A stretch of DNA of 64,000 nt from Longimicrobiales bacterium (GCA_035764935.1 DASTYK010000149.1:36944-100943), one strand, 5' to 3'. Counted from the first letter of the stretch, positions 36,211 through 46,803 are shown. The notes: generated by a model from the sequence alone, not told the origin. Program-made: numbers and translations.

Positions 36211-38730
36211 CTACAGCTGTGGGCCCAGCAGCAGCGCGTTGGTGAAGGGCTGGAACGTGCCGTACCAGAAGTGGCGGAACAGTGGATCGTCCGCGAACAG
36301 GATCACCCGCCCGCTGCCGACGCGCCGGTTCGCGAGCCAGCTCGCATTCGAGAGGCGCTGAAGGTTCCGATCGCTGATGACGCCGCTGACCTTGTCGAGC
36401 TCGTCCGGGAAGTATGCGGCCGTTTCGAACTCCTCGTCGGGCTCGAAGACCGAGCCGCCGGCGTGCAGCACGTAGAGCGCGCCGTCGGCAGTACCGACGC
36501 CGAAGCCGAGCGGATGGTCCGGGTCGACGCGCGCGCGAACGATCGTGCCGGGCACGTCCTCCTCGAAATCCTCCAGCTCGCGCGCCTCACGGCCGCGCAG
36601 CGCGCGCTCGATGCGCGACTCCTCCGGATGCTCCGGCGCACTGCGCATCTCGATGCCGGCGATCGGCGCGGCGATCGCGCGCGCGGAAGTACCGACGGCG
36701 ACCAGGGTGCCACCTGCACGCACGAACGCCTCGAGCGCCTCCTTGCCGGCCTGGTCGAAGGCGCTGCCACTCGCCTCCGGCAGCACCAGGACGTCCCAGT
36801 CCCGGAGCGGTACACTGCTCACGCGCGCGACGTCGAGCACGTCGTAGTCGAGGCTCAGCGTGTGGTCGAGAAAGAACCAGTGGGCCCCGGCCGACGTCGC
36901 GTAAACGCCCTGCCCCATGATCAGCGCGATGCGCGGCGCACGCACCGTATACGCGCTGCCGGTTCCGAGGTCGGGGCCGGCGGTCGTACGCCCGGTCACG
37001 ACAGGTATCGCGGAGGGGGGCAGCTGTGCGCGCGCGATGCGCACGTCAAAGGAATCGGCACCGAGGCGCGGCAGGAAGATCGCCCCCGGTGCCAGCTCGC
37101 GTCCGGCCAGTGTAATCGCGTCGTCGATCACGCGCGCGACGCCGCCATCGTTCAGGTAGCGTGTGACCGCACGCCAGCTCTCGAAGGATGCGGGCAGCAC
37201 CCATCCGTACGACGCCGCTGCTGACGCGGACGACGCTGCAGCCGCCGGCGTGCCCGCGGGGACAGCACTCCACGCGGCGTCAGGCGTGCTGCGCGCACTG
37301 TGCGCTTCCACGCCGAACGCGAACGGCAGCGACCACGCGCTGACGTCGTAGGAGAAGGTCGCATCGAGCGTGACCTCCGGTTGCAGCAGCGTGGCGGCAA
37401 GGAGCCCGCGCGGCTGGCGCGCACGTACGCGCCAGGTGCCCGCCGGGAACTCCCCGCGCGAGTCGAAGCCGCTGTGCGGCTCTGCGCTTGCCCGGAAGGA
37501 GCGGCCGGCACGCTCCACCTCGATGCCCTGCGCCTGCAGCAGTGCGACCAGCGCCCTGGCGCGGCCGCCCTCGTCGTCCACGAGCAGTACGTCGGGACGG
37601 TCCCGTCCGACGCTGCGGTGGAATGCCGCATAGTCGCCCAGCAGCGTGCTCTTGCCCGCCGCGGCGGTACGCAGTGTCGCCTGCCCGCTCGTGCGATGCT
37701 GCTGCGCGCGCTGCCGGAGCGTCAGCACCGAACCGTCCTCGCGCTCGTACGCCAGTCCTGCGCGTCCGCCGCCGGCCTGCTCATAGGTCATGCCGATGGC
37801 ACCGAGCAGTGAAGGCCAGCTGTCGCCGTATCCCGGGTAGAACAGGTCGTAGGACTCGGCGGTGAAATACTGCCAGCCGTTTCTGTCGAACGCGGCGGCA
37901 TTGGCCGCACCGAAGCGCTCCCCCCACGCGAGCACGTGCGGCGGGTAGTTCGGATTGATCGGCGCTGCGGCCGGAAAGAAGAAGTAGCTGGACTCCGAGC
38001 TCATCTCGTGGAAGTCGACATGTACCTGCGGATTCCAGCGCGGCCACGTCGCCAGCCGCATGCGCGTCTCCTGCTGCGTCAGCCAGGCCCAGTCGCGGTT
38101 CAGGTCGAACAGGTAGTGGTTGTAGCGACCGCCCGGCCACGGCTCGCCGTGCTCCCGTGCCGCAGGATCAGGGTTGGGCTCCGCACTGCGCGCCTGGCGG
38201 TACCACCCGACGTAGCGCTCGCGCCCGTCGGGATTGACTGCCGGATCGATCACGACGATGAGCGAGTCGAGCACGCCCGCAACCTCCGGCGCACCCCGCA
38301 GCAGGTCCCACATCGTGTAGAGGGCGGCCTCGCTCGACGACGACTCGTTGCCGTGTACGCCGTACGAGAAGTAGACCACGGCAGGGTTCGTGGCGGCGAT
38401 CTGCCGCGCGCGCTCCGCGCTCGTCTCGAGCCGTGTCAGTTCCGCGTTCGCCGCCAGGATCTCATCGAGTCGTGCGAGGTGGTCGGCACGCCCGATCACG
38501 AGTTGCACGAGTGCGCGGCCCTCGACAGACTCGCCGTAACGCTCGAGCCGGGTCCGGTCCGGTGCCGCCGCGACGAGGGCGTCGACGTAGCGGAGGATCG
38601 ACGCGTGATCCGTGAAGCGCTCGCCCAGCTCGTAGCCGAGTACATCCGCCGGGGACGGTACCTGCTGCGCCGCTGCCGGCAGGTTCAGCAACAGGACGGC
38701 CGCCACCGTCGTCAGTGTAGTCATTCGCAT
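36211..38730 (-). CDS. Secreted M14-family zinc carboxypeptidase with a ~500-aa C-terminal extension
   Basis: I prefer the ATG at 38730 (MRMTTLTTVAAVLLLNLPAAAQ signal peptide). M14 features: YGESVEGRAL, the HxxE zinc motif in YGVHGNESSSSEA, and NPDGRERY. The C-terminal part contains DVLVLPEASGSAFDQAGKEALEAFVRAGGTLVAVG. Confidence 0.8.
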   Translation of the reverse strand: MRMTTLTTVAAVLLLNLPAAAQQVPSPADVLGYELGERFTDHASILRYVDALVAAAPDRTRLERYGESVEGRALVQLVIGRADHLARLDEILAANAELTRLETSAERARQIAATNPAVVYFSYGVHGNESSSSEAALYTMWDLLRGAPEVAGVLDSLIVVIDPAVNPDGRERYVGWYRQARSAEPNPDPAAREHGEPWPGGRYNHYLFDLNRDWAWLTQQETRMRLATWPRWNPQVHVDFHEMSSESSYFFFPAAAPINPNYPPHVLAWGERFGAANAAAFDRNGWQYFTAESYDLFYPGYGDSWPSLLGAIGMTYEQAGGGRAGLAYEREDGSVLTLRQRAQQHRTSGQATLRTAAAGKSTLLGDYAAFHRSVGRDRPDVLLVDDEGGRARALVALLQAQGIEVERAGRSFRASAEPHSGFDSRGEFPAGTWRVRARQPRGLLAATLLQPEVTLDATFSYDVSAWSLPFAFGVEAHSARSTPDAAWSAVPAGTPAAAASSASAAASYGWVLPASFESWRAVTRYLNDGGVARVIDDAITLAGRELAPGAIFLPRLGADSFDVRIARAQLPPSAIPVVTGRTTAGPDLGTGSAYTVRAPRIALIMGQGVYATSAGAHWFFLDHTLSLDYDVLDVARVSSVPLRDWDVLVLPEASGSAFDQAGKEALEAFVRAGGTLVAVGTSARAIAAPIAGIEMRSAPEHPEESRIERALRGREARELEDFEEDVPGTIVRARVDPDHPLGFGVGTADGALYVLHAGGSVFEPDEEFETAAYFPDELDKVSGVISDRNLQRLSNASWLANRRVGSGRVILFADDPLFRHFWYGTFQPFTNALLLGPQL

Positions 38731-38840
38731 GCGTCGTTCGTTCCTGCGGTGAGGTGGGAGTCGCGGCAACGTACCGGCTGTGCGGGCGCTTGACAACGCG
38801 CGCACCCCGCGCCGACCTTGTCCGCCCCCTGACACGGAGC

Positions 38841-39170
38841 ATGCCGATTCCCGTGCGTCTGCCGCGCCTGCTGTCGATCGTGCTGCTGGCATCCATCCCC
38901 GGGTGCGAGCGCGTGAACGAGCCGGCGCCGATCCCGGACGAGACATTCGTGCAGGTCATGGTCGACCTCCGCCGCGCCGCCGCGGTCAACACCGCGGACA
39001 CCACCGGCTTCTTCGCGATGCGCGACAGCATCCTCGCGGCGGCCGGCGTCAGTGACTCCGCGCTCTATGCGTGGGTGAACGCGACGGCGCGCGACCCGGA
39101 GCGGATGGGACGGGTGTTTCGGGAGATTCGCGACTCCGTGCGCGCGCGGCCGGACACCGTTCCGCGCTGA
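38841..39170 (+). CDS. Hypothetical small lipoprotein
   Basis: I prefer the ATG at 38841 (MPIPVRLPRLLSIVLLASIPGC lipobox). The rest is helical and I recognise no family. It is divergent from the M14 gene. Confidence 0.45.
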   Translation: MPIPVRLPRLLSIVLLASIPGCERVNEPAPIPDETFVQVMVDLRRAAAVNTADTTGFFAMRDSILAAAGVSDSALYAWVNATARDPERMGRVFREIRDSVRARPDTVPR

Positions 39171-39245
39171 GACGGTCACCGGGCACTGGCTCGGAGATTG
39201 CACCCTTCGAATGCACCGGCATCGAGCCGGTCGAGTGAGGCCAGG

Positions 39246-39467
39246 ATGATGGAACTTCGGCACACGAGTGGAGAATGCACCGGCAACTGGCGGCTGCTCG
39301 GCACCGGCCGTCAGCGCGTCATCCGGTGCGACCGCTGTGAGGCCGAGCACCCCGCCTCCGCCGAAAACCGCCTGGCCGCGATCGACGAGAACTACGCCGG
39401 CATCTACCTGCGCAGACTGGCCGCGGAAGGTGCGGCGCTCGACCCGCCCGGCCCGGGCGGTCGCTGA
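39246..39467 (+). CDS. Hypothetical small protein (73 aa)
   Basis: ATG-ATG at 39246 after GAGG. It contains H-x3-C ... C-x2-C (HTSGEC...CDRC), a possible zinc-ribbon-like pattern. Coding status is uncertain. Confidence 0.3.
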   Translation: MMELRHTSGECTGNWRLLGTGRQRVIRCDRCEAEHPASAENRLAAIDENYAGIYLRRLAAEGAALDPPGPGGR

Positions 39468-39554
39468 ATCGCGGGGGCGGTCCGCTGCCGCCCTGCGCTC
39501 CCCAGGTCAGCCGCCGCGCTTCGCCCTTCCCCCCAAGTCAGCCGCCGCCCTTCC

Positions 39555-41099
39555 CTACTCCCACTCGATCGTTGCCGGCGGCTTGGAGCTGACGTCGTAG
39601 CAGACGCGGTTCACGCCCGCGACCTCGTTGATGATCCGGTTGGACACACGGGCGAGCACGTCGTGCGGGAACGGGTACCAGTCCGCGGTCATCCCGTCGC
39701 GGCTCGTCACGGCGCGCAGCGCGACCACGTTCTCGTACGTGCGCGCGTCGCCCATCACACCCACGCTGTGCACGGGCAGCAGCACGGCAAACGCCTGCCA
39801 GATGTCGTCGTAGAGGCCCGCGGCCCGGATCTCCTCCAGGTAGATCGCGTCCGCCTCGCGCAGGACATCGAGCCGACCTGCGCTCACGGGCCCGAGCACG
39901 CGGATCGCGAGGCCGGGGCCAGGGAACGGGTGGCGACCGACCAGCTCCTCCGGCAGTCCCAGCTCCCGACCCACGTTGCGCACCTCGTCCTTGAACAGTT
40001 CGCGCAGCGGCTCGATCAGCTCGAACGTCATGTCCTCCGGCAGCCCGCCCACGTTGTGGTGGGTCTTGATCACCGCGGACGGCCCCTTCACAGACTGCGA
40101 TTCGATCACGTCGGGGTAGAGCGTGCCCTGCACCAGGAAGCCGGCGTCACCGGCGTCGCGCGCGGCACGCTCGAAGACGCGGATGAACGTTTCACCGATC
40201 CGCTTGCGCTTCTGCTCCGGGTCCTGGACGCCGTCCAGCTTCGCGAGGAATTCCTCCGAGGCGTCGACCACGACCAGCTTGGCGCCGAGGTGCTGGCGGA
40301 ACGTGCGCTCCACGCTCTCGCGCTCGCCTTTCCGCAGCAGCCCGTTGTCGACGAAGATGCAGGTGAGCTGGTCGCCGATCGCCCGGTGAACGAGTGCGGC
40401 GGCCACGCTCGAATCCACGCCGCCGGAGAGGCCGCAGATCACCTGCGCGTCGCCCACCTGCGCACGGATCCGGTCGATCGATTCGTCGATGAACGAGCCC
40501 GGCGTCCAGGTCGGCTCACAGCCGCAGATGTTGAACGCAAAGTTGGAGAGGATCTCGTCGCCGCGCGGTGTGTGCGCGACCTCCGGATGAAACTGCACGC
40601 CGAAAATGGGTGCACCTTCGGCGCGGAATGCGGCAACCGGCAGATCCGAGGTCGCTGCCAGTGTGCGGAACCCATCCGGTGCGGTGTTGACGTGATCGCC
40701 GTGGCTTGCCCAGACCGTGATCGGCTCGCCGGCGGTGAACCCGTCGAACAGGTCGTCGGCTTCCTCGATCACGAGCTGCGCCCGGCCGTACTCGCGCTTG
40801 CCCGGCGCGACCTTGCCGCCGCGGGCCTGCGCGATGAGCTGCATCCCGTAACAGATGCCGAGCACGGGCACGCCGATGTCGAGCAGCGCGTCGTTCAGCC
40901 CCGGCACGTCGTCGTCGTATACGGACGATGGCCCGCCCGAGAGGATGATGCCCTTGGGCTGCCACTCGCGCACGAAATCGGTGGACACCGTGGGCGGATG
41001 GATCTCACAGTAGACGCGCTCCTCGCGGATGCGTCGCGCGATGAGCTGGGTGAACTGCGAGCCGTAGTCGAGAATGAGAATGCGGTTCTGCGTGTCCAT
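39555..41099 (-). CDS. guaA: GMP synthase (glutamine-hydrolysing)
   Basis: I prefer the ATG at 41099 ([26 protein letters not shown]). GICYGMQ GATase nucleophile, [10 protein letters not shown]-loop, and C-terminal KPPATIEWE. Confidence 0.97.
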   Translation of the reverse strand: MDTQNRILILDYGSQFTQLIARRIREERVYCEIHPPTVSTDFVREWQPKGIILSGGPSSVYDDDVPGLNDALLDIGVPVLGICYGMQLIAQARGGKVAPGKREYGRAQLVIEEADDLFDGFTAGEPITVWASHGDHVNTAPDGFRTLAATSDLPVAAFRAEGAPIFGVQFHPEVAHTPRGDEILSNFAFNICGCEPTWTPGSFIDESIDRIRAQVGDAQVICGLSGGVDSSVAAALVHRAIGDQLTCIFVDNGLLRKGERESVERTFRQHLGAKLVVVDASEEFLAKLDGVQDPEQKRKRIGETFIRVFERAARDAGDAGFLVQGTLYPDVIESQSVKGPSAVIKTHHNVGGLPEDMTFELIEPLRELFKDEVRNVGRELGLPEELVGRHPFPGPGLAIRVLGPVSAGRLDVLREADAIYLEEIRAAGLYDDIWQAFAVLLPVHSVGVMGDARTYENVVALRAVTSRDGMTADWYPFPHDVLARVSNRIINEVAGVNRVCYDVSSKPPATIEWE

Positions 41100-41103
41100 T
41101 GAT

Positions 41104-42387
41104 TCAGTCCTGGTCCAGCAGCTCGACCTCGCCACGCACGAGATCGTCCAGCGTCTCGCGCGGCCGGATCAACCGGTGCGTGTCACCCTCCACGAGCACT
41201 TCCGCCGGTCGGGTGCGGGCGTTGTACGTCGATGCCATGGAGAACCCGTAGGCGCCCGTGGTTCCAATCACGATCAGCTCGCCGGGCTCCGGCATCTCGA
41301 TCGGCCGGTCGAGTGCGAGGAAGTCACCGCTCTCGCAGATCGGGCCGACCACGTCGACCACACGCTCCGCGCGCCCGGCATTCCGCTCCGCCGGCTCCAC
41401 GCGGTGGTAGCTGGCGTAATGGCTCGGCCGCAGCAGGTCGTTCATGCCCGCATCCGTGATGACGAACGTCTTGCCGCCCATTTCCTTCACGTACACGACG
41501 CGCGCGAGCAGCACGCCCGCCGGCCCGACGATGAAGCGGCCTGGCTCGAGCAGCAGGCGCAGCCCGCTGGGTTCGACCAGCGGCCGGATCACGTCCGCGA
41601 AGGCGCTGGCCGGCGGCGTCGTCTCCTCGTCGTAGCTGATGCCGAAGCCGCCACCGACGTCGATGAACTCCAGCTCGATGCCGTCCGCGCGCAGCAGGTC
41701 GACCAGCTCGAGAATGCGCTGCAGGGACAGCGCGTACGGCTCGACGTCGACGATCTGGCTGCCGATATGGGCGTCGATCCCCCGCACGTGAATGCCGGGC
41801 AGCGTCGCGGCGAGACGGTACAGCCCGCGCGCCTCCGTGTACGGGATGCCGAACTTGGTCTGCTTGTGCCCTGTCGACGTGTAGTGGTGCGGCGTGGCGG
41901 TCTCGACGTCGGGGTTCACCCGCAGCGCGATCGGCGCGCGCTTGCCGAGCGTCTCGGCCAGCTCCGCCAGTGAGCGCAGCTCGCCCTCGCTCTCGACATT
42001 GAAACTGTAGATGCCCGCATCCAGCGCAGCGGCCAGCTCGGCCACCGTCTTGCCGACACCGCTGAAAACGATGCGCTCGGAGGGGATGCCGGCGAGCTGT
42101 GCGCGGTGCAGCTCGCCCGCGCTCACGATGTCGGCACCCGCACCGAGATCACGCAGCAGCCGCAGCACCGACAGGTTGCCGTTTGCCTTGACCGAGTAGG
42201 CGATCATGCGATCCAGCGGGGCAAACGCCGCGTCGAACGCACGGTAGCGCTCGGCGATCTCGGTTGCGCTGTAGACGTAGAGTGGCGTGCCGTGCTCTAC
42301 CACGAGCTGCTCCACTGCGATGTCCTCGCAATGGAGGTGCCCGTCCCGGTAGTGGAACGCGCCGGTCAGCGTGGCATCAGTAGGCAC
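41104..42387 (-). CDS. lysA: Diaminopimelate decarboxylase
   Basis: [23 protein letters not shown] (PLP lysine), DVGGGFGI and CESGD motifs. The start is uncertain: GTG at 42387, 42420 or 42423, all of which overlap the proS 3' end. Confidence 0.9.
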   Translation of the reverse strand: MPTDATLTGAFHYRDGHLHCEDIAVEQLVVEHGTPLYVYSATEIAERYRAFDAAFAPLDRMIAYSVKANGNLSVLRLLRDLGAGADIVSAGELHRAQLAGIPSERIVFSGVGKTVAELAAALDAGIYSFNVESEGELRSLAELAETLGKRAPIALRVNPDVETATPHHYTSTGHKQTKFGIPYTEARGLYRLAATLPGIHVRGIDAHIGSQIVDVEPYALSLQRILELVDLLRADGIELEFIDVGGGFGISYDEETTPPASAFADVIRPLVEPSGLRLLLEPGRFIVGPAGVLLARVVYVKEMGGKTFVITDAGMNDLLRPSHYASYHRVEPAERNAGRAERVVDVVGPICESGDFLALDRPIEMPEPGELIVIGTTGAYGFSMASTYNARTRPAEVLVEGDTHRLIRPRETLDDLVRGEVELLDQD

Positions 42388-43879
42388 GTGCCCACACCGC
42401 TTCGTACTGTGCGTCCCCACCACACGCCAGACAGGTACGCGGCGCCTCGGACGAGCGGAACTCCTCGTCGGGCAGCACGCGGATCGTCGCCTTGGTGTCC
42501 TCCTTCACACGCGTCTCACACTCCGCCGAGCCGCACCAGCCGGCAAACACAAAGCCGCCGTCGCCCTCGATGATCTCGCGGAACTTCGAATAGTCCGTGA
42601 CGCCGCGATGCGTATTCGCCTCGCGCCGCGCGAGCGCACGCTGGAACAGCGCCTGCTGATAGTTCTCCAGGCGGGTGGTGATGAACGACGTCGCCTGCGC
42701 CTCCGCCACTGCTTCCTTGCGCGGAATGCCCTCGAGCTCGAGTCGCATGACGAGTGTGAGCTGCTGCGCGTCCACGTCGCGCGGCCCGATCTCCACCCGC
42801 AGCGGCACGCCCTTGCGCTCCCACTCGTAGAACTTGGGTCCGGGCTTGAGCGTGTCCCGTGCATCGACGTGCGTGCGGACGCCCGCCGCCCGCAGGGTCC
42901 CGGAAATCTCGTCCGCCTTGGCCAGCACGCGCTCGCGCTCCTCGTCCTTGCGGTAGATCGGCACGATGACCACCTGGATCGGCGCGAGCTTCGGCGGCAT
43001 GACCATGCCGTTGTCGTCGCCGTGTGTCATCACGAGCCCGCCGATCAGTCGCGTGGATACGCCCCAGGAGGTGTTCCACGCGTACTCCTCCTGCCCGCTC
43101 TCCGCCTGGAACTTCAGGTCGAACTGGCGCGCGAAATTCTGACCGAGCATGTGGGACGTGCCGGCCTGCAGCGCCTTGTCGTCCTGCATCAGCGCTTCCA
43201 GTGCGTGCGTGCGGACCGCGCCAGGGAAGCGTTCCGACTCCGTCTTCTGCCCGGTCAGCACGGGCATCGCCATCCAGTTCTCCATGAAGTCACGGTAGAC
43301 GCCCAGCATGCGGAGCGCCTCCTCGGACGCCTCATCCTCGGTCGCGTGCGCCGTGTGGCCCTCCTGCCAGAGGAACTCGGTCGTACGCAGGAAGAGCCGC
43401 GTGCGCATCTCCCAGCGCACCACGTTCGCCCACTGGTTGATCAGCAGCGGCAGGTCGCGGTAGCTCTGCACCCACTTCGCGAACATGTCGTAGATGATCG
43501 TCTCAGACGTGGGCCGCACGACGAGCGGCTCCTCGAGCTTCGACTCCGGGTCCGGGATCAGCTCGCCACCCTCGGCTGCGACAAGGCGTGTGTGCGTGAC
43601 GATCGCCATCTCCTTCGCAAAGCCCTCGACGTGCTTGGCCTCACGCGTGATGTAGCTCTGCGGGATGAACAGCGGGAAGTACGCGTTCTGATGACCCGTG
43701 GCCTTGAACATGGCGTCGAGCGCGTCGCGCATGTTCTCCCACAGCGTATAGCCGTACGGGCGGATCACCATGCAGCCGCGCACGGGCGAGTAGTCCGCCA
43801 GCTCCGCCCGCAGCACGATTTCGTTGTACCATGCGCTGAAGTCGTCCGCGCGTGTCGTCAGTCCCTTGTCCGCTGCCAT
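42377..43879 (-). CDS. proS: Proline--tRNA ligase (archaeal/eukaryote-like type, no INS editing domain)
   Basis: 500 aa. N-terminus FSAWYNEIVLRAELADYSPVRGCMVIRPYGYTLWE, class II motifs, and a C-terminal zinc-binding domain ending in ...[18 protein letters not shown]. Confidence 0.95.
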   Translation of the reverse strand: MAADKGLTTRADDFSAWYNEIVLRAELADYSPVRGCMVIRPYGYTLWENMRDALDAMFKATGHQNAYFPLFIPQSYITREAKHVEGFAKEMAIVTHTRLVAAEGGELIPDPESKLEEPLVVRPTSETIIYDMFAKWVQSYRDLPLLINQWANVVRWEMRTRLFLRTTEFLWQEGHTAHATEDEASEEALRMLGVYRDFMENWMAMPVLTGQKTESERFPGAVRTHALEALMQDDKALQAGTSHMLGQNFARQFDLKFQAESGQEEYAWNTSWGVSTRLIGGLVMTHGDDNGMVMPPKLAPIQVVIVPIYRKDEERERVLAKADEISGTLRAAGVRTHVDARDTLKPGPKFYEWERKGVPLRVEIGPRDVDAQQLTLVMRLELEGIPRKEAVAEAQATSFITTRLENYQQALFQRALARREANTHRGVTDYSKFREIIEGDGGFVFAGWCGSAECETRVKEDTKATIRVLPDEEFRSSEAPRTCLACGGDAQYEAVWARAY

Positions 43880-43884
43880 CTCGC

Positions 43885-44157
43885 CTATCCCCCGGAGTCC
43901 CGTCCGCGCGCGACGCGGCGGCTCTCACGATATCGCTGTATCAGGTAAAGAATCGTCGCCGGCACGAGCACGAGTGCGGAGATCACCAGCCATCGGCGGA
44001 CGAAGCTCACACCCGGCACAGGCACCAGCAGTGCGACCAGTGCGGCGCCCCCGAACGCCACGAACATGGCGGTCGCGAACAACCCCCACGTGTACAGCGC
44101 GGCGCGGCGGATGATGCGACGCCGCTCCTCGGCCGCCGCGCGCTCCTCGGATCTCAT
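43885..44157 (-). CDS. Hypothetical small membrane protein (90 aa, two TM segments)
   Basis: The ORF start overlaps the hisS stop (ATGA) and it ends 5 nt before the proS start. Hydrophobic segments: LYTWGLFATAMFVAFGGAALVALLV and WLVISALVLVPATILYLI. Confidence 0.45.
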   Translation of the reverse strand: MRSEERAAAEERRRIIRRAALYTWGLFATAMFVAFGGAALVALLVPVPGVSFVRRWLVISALVLVPATILYLIQRYRESRRVARGRDSGG

Positions 44158-45467
44158 CCGACCGGTTCGCCCGCGTCGTCCAGCCGGCCCGCAAGGACAC
44201 GAGCCAGCGGAAGTCGCTGCTCGGTCCCCGATCCCATGGTGCGAACCACGGCCACGCCGGCCGCGACCTCGTCGGGGCCGAACACGACGACCCTGCGCGC
44301 ACCGCGCGCGTCCGCATCCTTGAACTGCTTTCCGACGCCCATCGACCGCAATGAATAGATTACGCTGTGGCCGCTCCCCCGCAGTGCGTGCGCCGCACGC
44401 AGCAGCGTCTCCTGCTCGGTATCCGAGACTGCGACGAGATAGACATCAACGGCCGGTGCCGTGTCGGGCAGCAGGTCGAGGTCCCGCAGCAGTTCCGTCA
44501 GCACCACGTCGCCCATGCCGAAGCCGACGGCCGGCAGGTCCGTGCCGCTGACTGCGCCGAGCAGCCGGTCGTAGCGACCGCCGCCGCAGATCGCGCGCAG
44601 CTCCCCGCGCCGGTCGAAGATTTCGAAGACGATGCCCGTGTAGTACGCGAGCCCGCGCACGATCGACGCGTCGTAGGCGACGTACTCGCCGAAGCCCATC
44701 GCGTCCAGCCGCTGCTGGAACCGTGAAATGCGCTCGATCTCGGCACCCACCCCTTCGATGCTGCCGAACTCGCGCCGGAGCGCGTCCAGGCTGCCCGCCC
44801 GGAAGATGGCGAACACGCGATCGATCGCGTGGCTGTCGAGGCCTGCCTCGTCGCGCAAGCGCTCGCGGATCCGCTCGTCCGCGTCGCGGCCCAGCTTGTC
44901 GACCGCGTTGTATGCGCGTGGCAGGCTCGCCTCCGCCACGCCGATAGCGAGCAGCAGCCGCTCCAGCAGACGCCTGTCATTGTAACGCGCGACGATGTGC
45001 GATTCCGTCAGTCCCAGTGCGCGCAGACCATCCAGCGCGACCGCCAGCACCTCCGCATCCGCCGCGCTGTCCGCCTCTCCGACCAGGTCCACGTTCCACT
45101 GGAAATGCTCACGCAGCCGGCCGCGCTGCGTCCGCTCGTAGCGGAAGAGCTGCGGCATGGAAAACCAGCGGATCGGCTTGCGCAGCCCGCCCGCCCGTGC
45201 GCCCACCATGCGCGCGAGCGTCGGCGTCATTTCCGGCCTCAGCGCGAGCTCGCGCCCGCCCTTGTCAGTGAAGTTGTAGAGCTGCCCGACGATCTCCTCG
45301 CCGCTCTTGTCGGTGTAGAGCTCCAGCGCCTCGAGCGGCGGGCCGTCATACTCCTCGAACCCGTAGCTGCGCGCCACTTCGCGCCAGGTGCTCGTGATGT
45401 GCTCGCGAACAGCGAAGTCGGCAGGGTAGAAATCCCGGAAGCCCGGCAGGCTCGTATACGTCGGCAT
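44154..45467 (-). CDS. hisS: Histidine--tRNA ligase
   Basis: I prefer the ATG at 45467 (MPTYTSLPGFRDFYPADF). RYERTQRGRLREHFQWNVD (motif 2) and a GGGRYD-like motif are present. Confidence 0.95.
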   Translation of the reverse strand: MPTYTSLPGFRDFYPADFAVREHITSTWREVARSYGFEEYDGPPLEALELYTDKSGEEIVGQLYNFTDKGGRELALRPEMTPTLARMVGARAGGLRKPIRWFSMPQLFRYERTQRGRLREHFQWNVDLVGEADSAADAEVLAVALDGLRALGLTESHIVARYNDRRLLERLLLAIGVAEASLPRAYNAVDKLGRDADERIRERLRDEAGLDSHAIDRVFAIFRAGSLDALRREFGSIEGVGAEIERISRFQQRLDAMGFGEYVAYDASIVRGLAYYTGIVFEIFDRRGELRAICGGGRYDRLLGAVSGTDLPAVGFGMGDVVLTELLRDLDLLPDTAPAVDVYLVAVSDTEQETLLRAAHALRGSGHSVIYSLRSMGVGKQFKDADARGARRVVVFGPDEVAAGVAVVRTMGSGTEQRLPLARVLAGRLDDAGEPVG

Positions 45468-45477
45468 TCGCGCGAAT

Positions 45478-46803
45478 CTAGACGGCGAACGAAGGGGGCG
45501 GCAAGGAGGCATCCGCGCCCCACGGCGCGTGGCGGAGTGCGATCATGGCGTCACCAACCGTGTGGAAGGAGCCCGTAACCACGACGGTTCCGCCGCGCGC
45601 TGCCCGCCACACCGCCTCCAGCGCCGCCGTGAAGTCTTCGATCACCCGCGTGTTCGCCGAGGGCACCGCGGCCAGCACCTCGACAGGATCCCAGCAGCGG
45701 TCCCGCGGTGCGGTCGGCGGCGTCGTCAGCACGACGTCGTCGGCCGCTGCCTGCAGCGGGCGCAGCATTGCGCGCCAGTTCTTGTCGCCCAGCACGCCGA
45801 CCAGCATCACCAGCGGCCGGGGGAGCCGCAGGGCGTCGAGCGCATCGACCAGGACGTGCACGCCTGCCTCGTTGTGTGCGACGTCGTAGAGCCAGCTCGT
45901 GTCCGCGCTGCGCACCAGCTGCAGCCGCCCCGGCCATTCGACCCCCGCCACGCCCTGCACGACGGCGTCCGCGTCCGGGCGCCAGTGTTCCCTGAGCCGG
46001 TCGACCGCCCGGACGGCGAGGGCGACGTTGCGCGCCTGGTGCGCACCCACGAGCGGCGTTTCGACGTGCAGTGTGCCGAAGTGATCCGTGCGCACGGTCA
46101 TGCTGGTGCCGGACGCGCGGACGACCACGTTGCGGGGCTCGTTCGCCGGCAGCACCTCCAGCGCTGCGCCTGCAGCGTTTGCGGCCCTCCGGAATACGTC
46201 GAGCACCGTTGGATTCGACTCGGCAGTGACGGCGGGAACGCCCGGCTTGATGATGCCCGCCTTCTCCCGTGCCACCTCCTCGACGGTGTTGCCCAGGAGC
46301 TGGACGTGGTCCAGAGAGACGTTGGTGAGCACGCTCACCTCGGGCGTGATCACGTTGGTTGCGTCCAGGCGACCCCCCAGGCCGACCTCGATGACGGCGA
46401 CGTCGACGCCGGCGTCGGCGAGCGCCAGCAAGCCGATCGCAGTCGTCGCTTCGAAGAAGGATGGTTCTGCTGCGGTGATGTGGGGCCACAGGCGCTCAGC
46501 GGCCGCAAGCAGGGCAGCCCTGTCGACCGGCGCCCCATCGATGCGGATGCGCTCCCGGAACGTCGTCAGGTGCGGCGAGGAGTAAAGGCCGGTGCGGTGA
46601 CCGGCCCTCTGCAGGATGCTGGCGATCGTCGCCGCGACACTGCCCTTGCCATTCGTGCCGCCGACGTGGATCGTCGCGAAGCGGGTGTGCGGCTCGCCGA
46701 CGGCCGCCAGCAGCGCACGTGTCCGGTCGAGCCCCCAGCGGATTCCCCCCGTGAGCCGCGGGAACAGCTCACGGACCAGCTCTTCGTAGGTGAGCGCGCT
46801 CAA
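45478..46803 (-). CDS. folC: Bifunctional folylpolyglutamate synthase / dihydrofolate synthase
   Basis: 441 aa with a TTG start overlapping the accD stop (TTGA). HVGGTNGKGS P-loop and Mur-ligase-like domains. Confidence 0.9.
   Translation of the reverse strand: MSALTYEELVRELFPRLTGGIRWGLDRTRALLAAVGEPHTRFATIHVGGTNGKGSVAATIASILQRAGHRTGLYSSPHLTTFRERIRIDGAPVDRAALLAAAERLWPHITAAEPSFFEATTAIGLLALADAGVDVAVIEVGLGGRLDATNVITPEVSVLTNVSLDHVQLLGNTVEEVAREKAGIIKPGVPAVTAESNPTVLDVFRRAANAAGAALEVLPANEPRNVVVRASGTSMTVRTDHFGTLHVETPLVGAHQARNVALAVRAVDRLREHWRPDADAVVQGVAGVEWPGRLQLVRSADTSWLYDVAHNEAGVHVLVDALDALRLPRPLVMLVGVLGDKNWRAMLRPLQAAADDVVLTTPPTAPRDRCWDPVEVLAAVPSANTRVIEDFTAALEAVWRAARGGTVVVTGSFHTVGDAMIALRHAPWGADASLPPPSFAV

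Noticed and set aside
42388-42423. The longest lysA start (GTG 42423), which would give a 47-nt overlap with proS.
   Set aside because: Not excluded, but the extra residues (VVGTHSTKRCGH) are not LysA-like. GTG at 42387 gives a shorter overlap, and the start remains uncertain.
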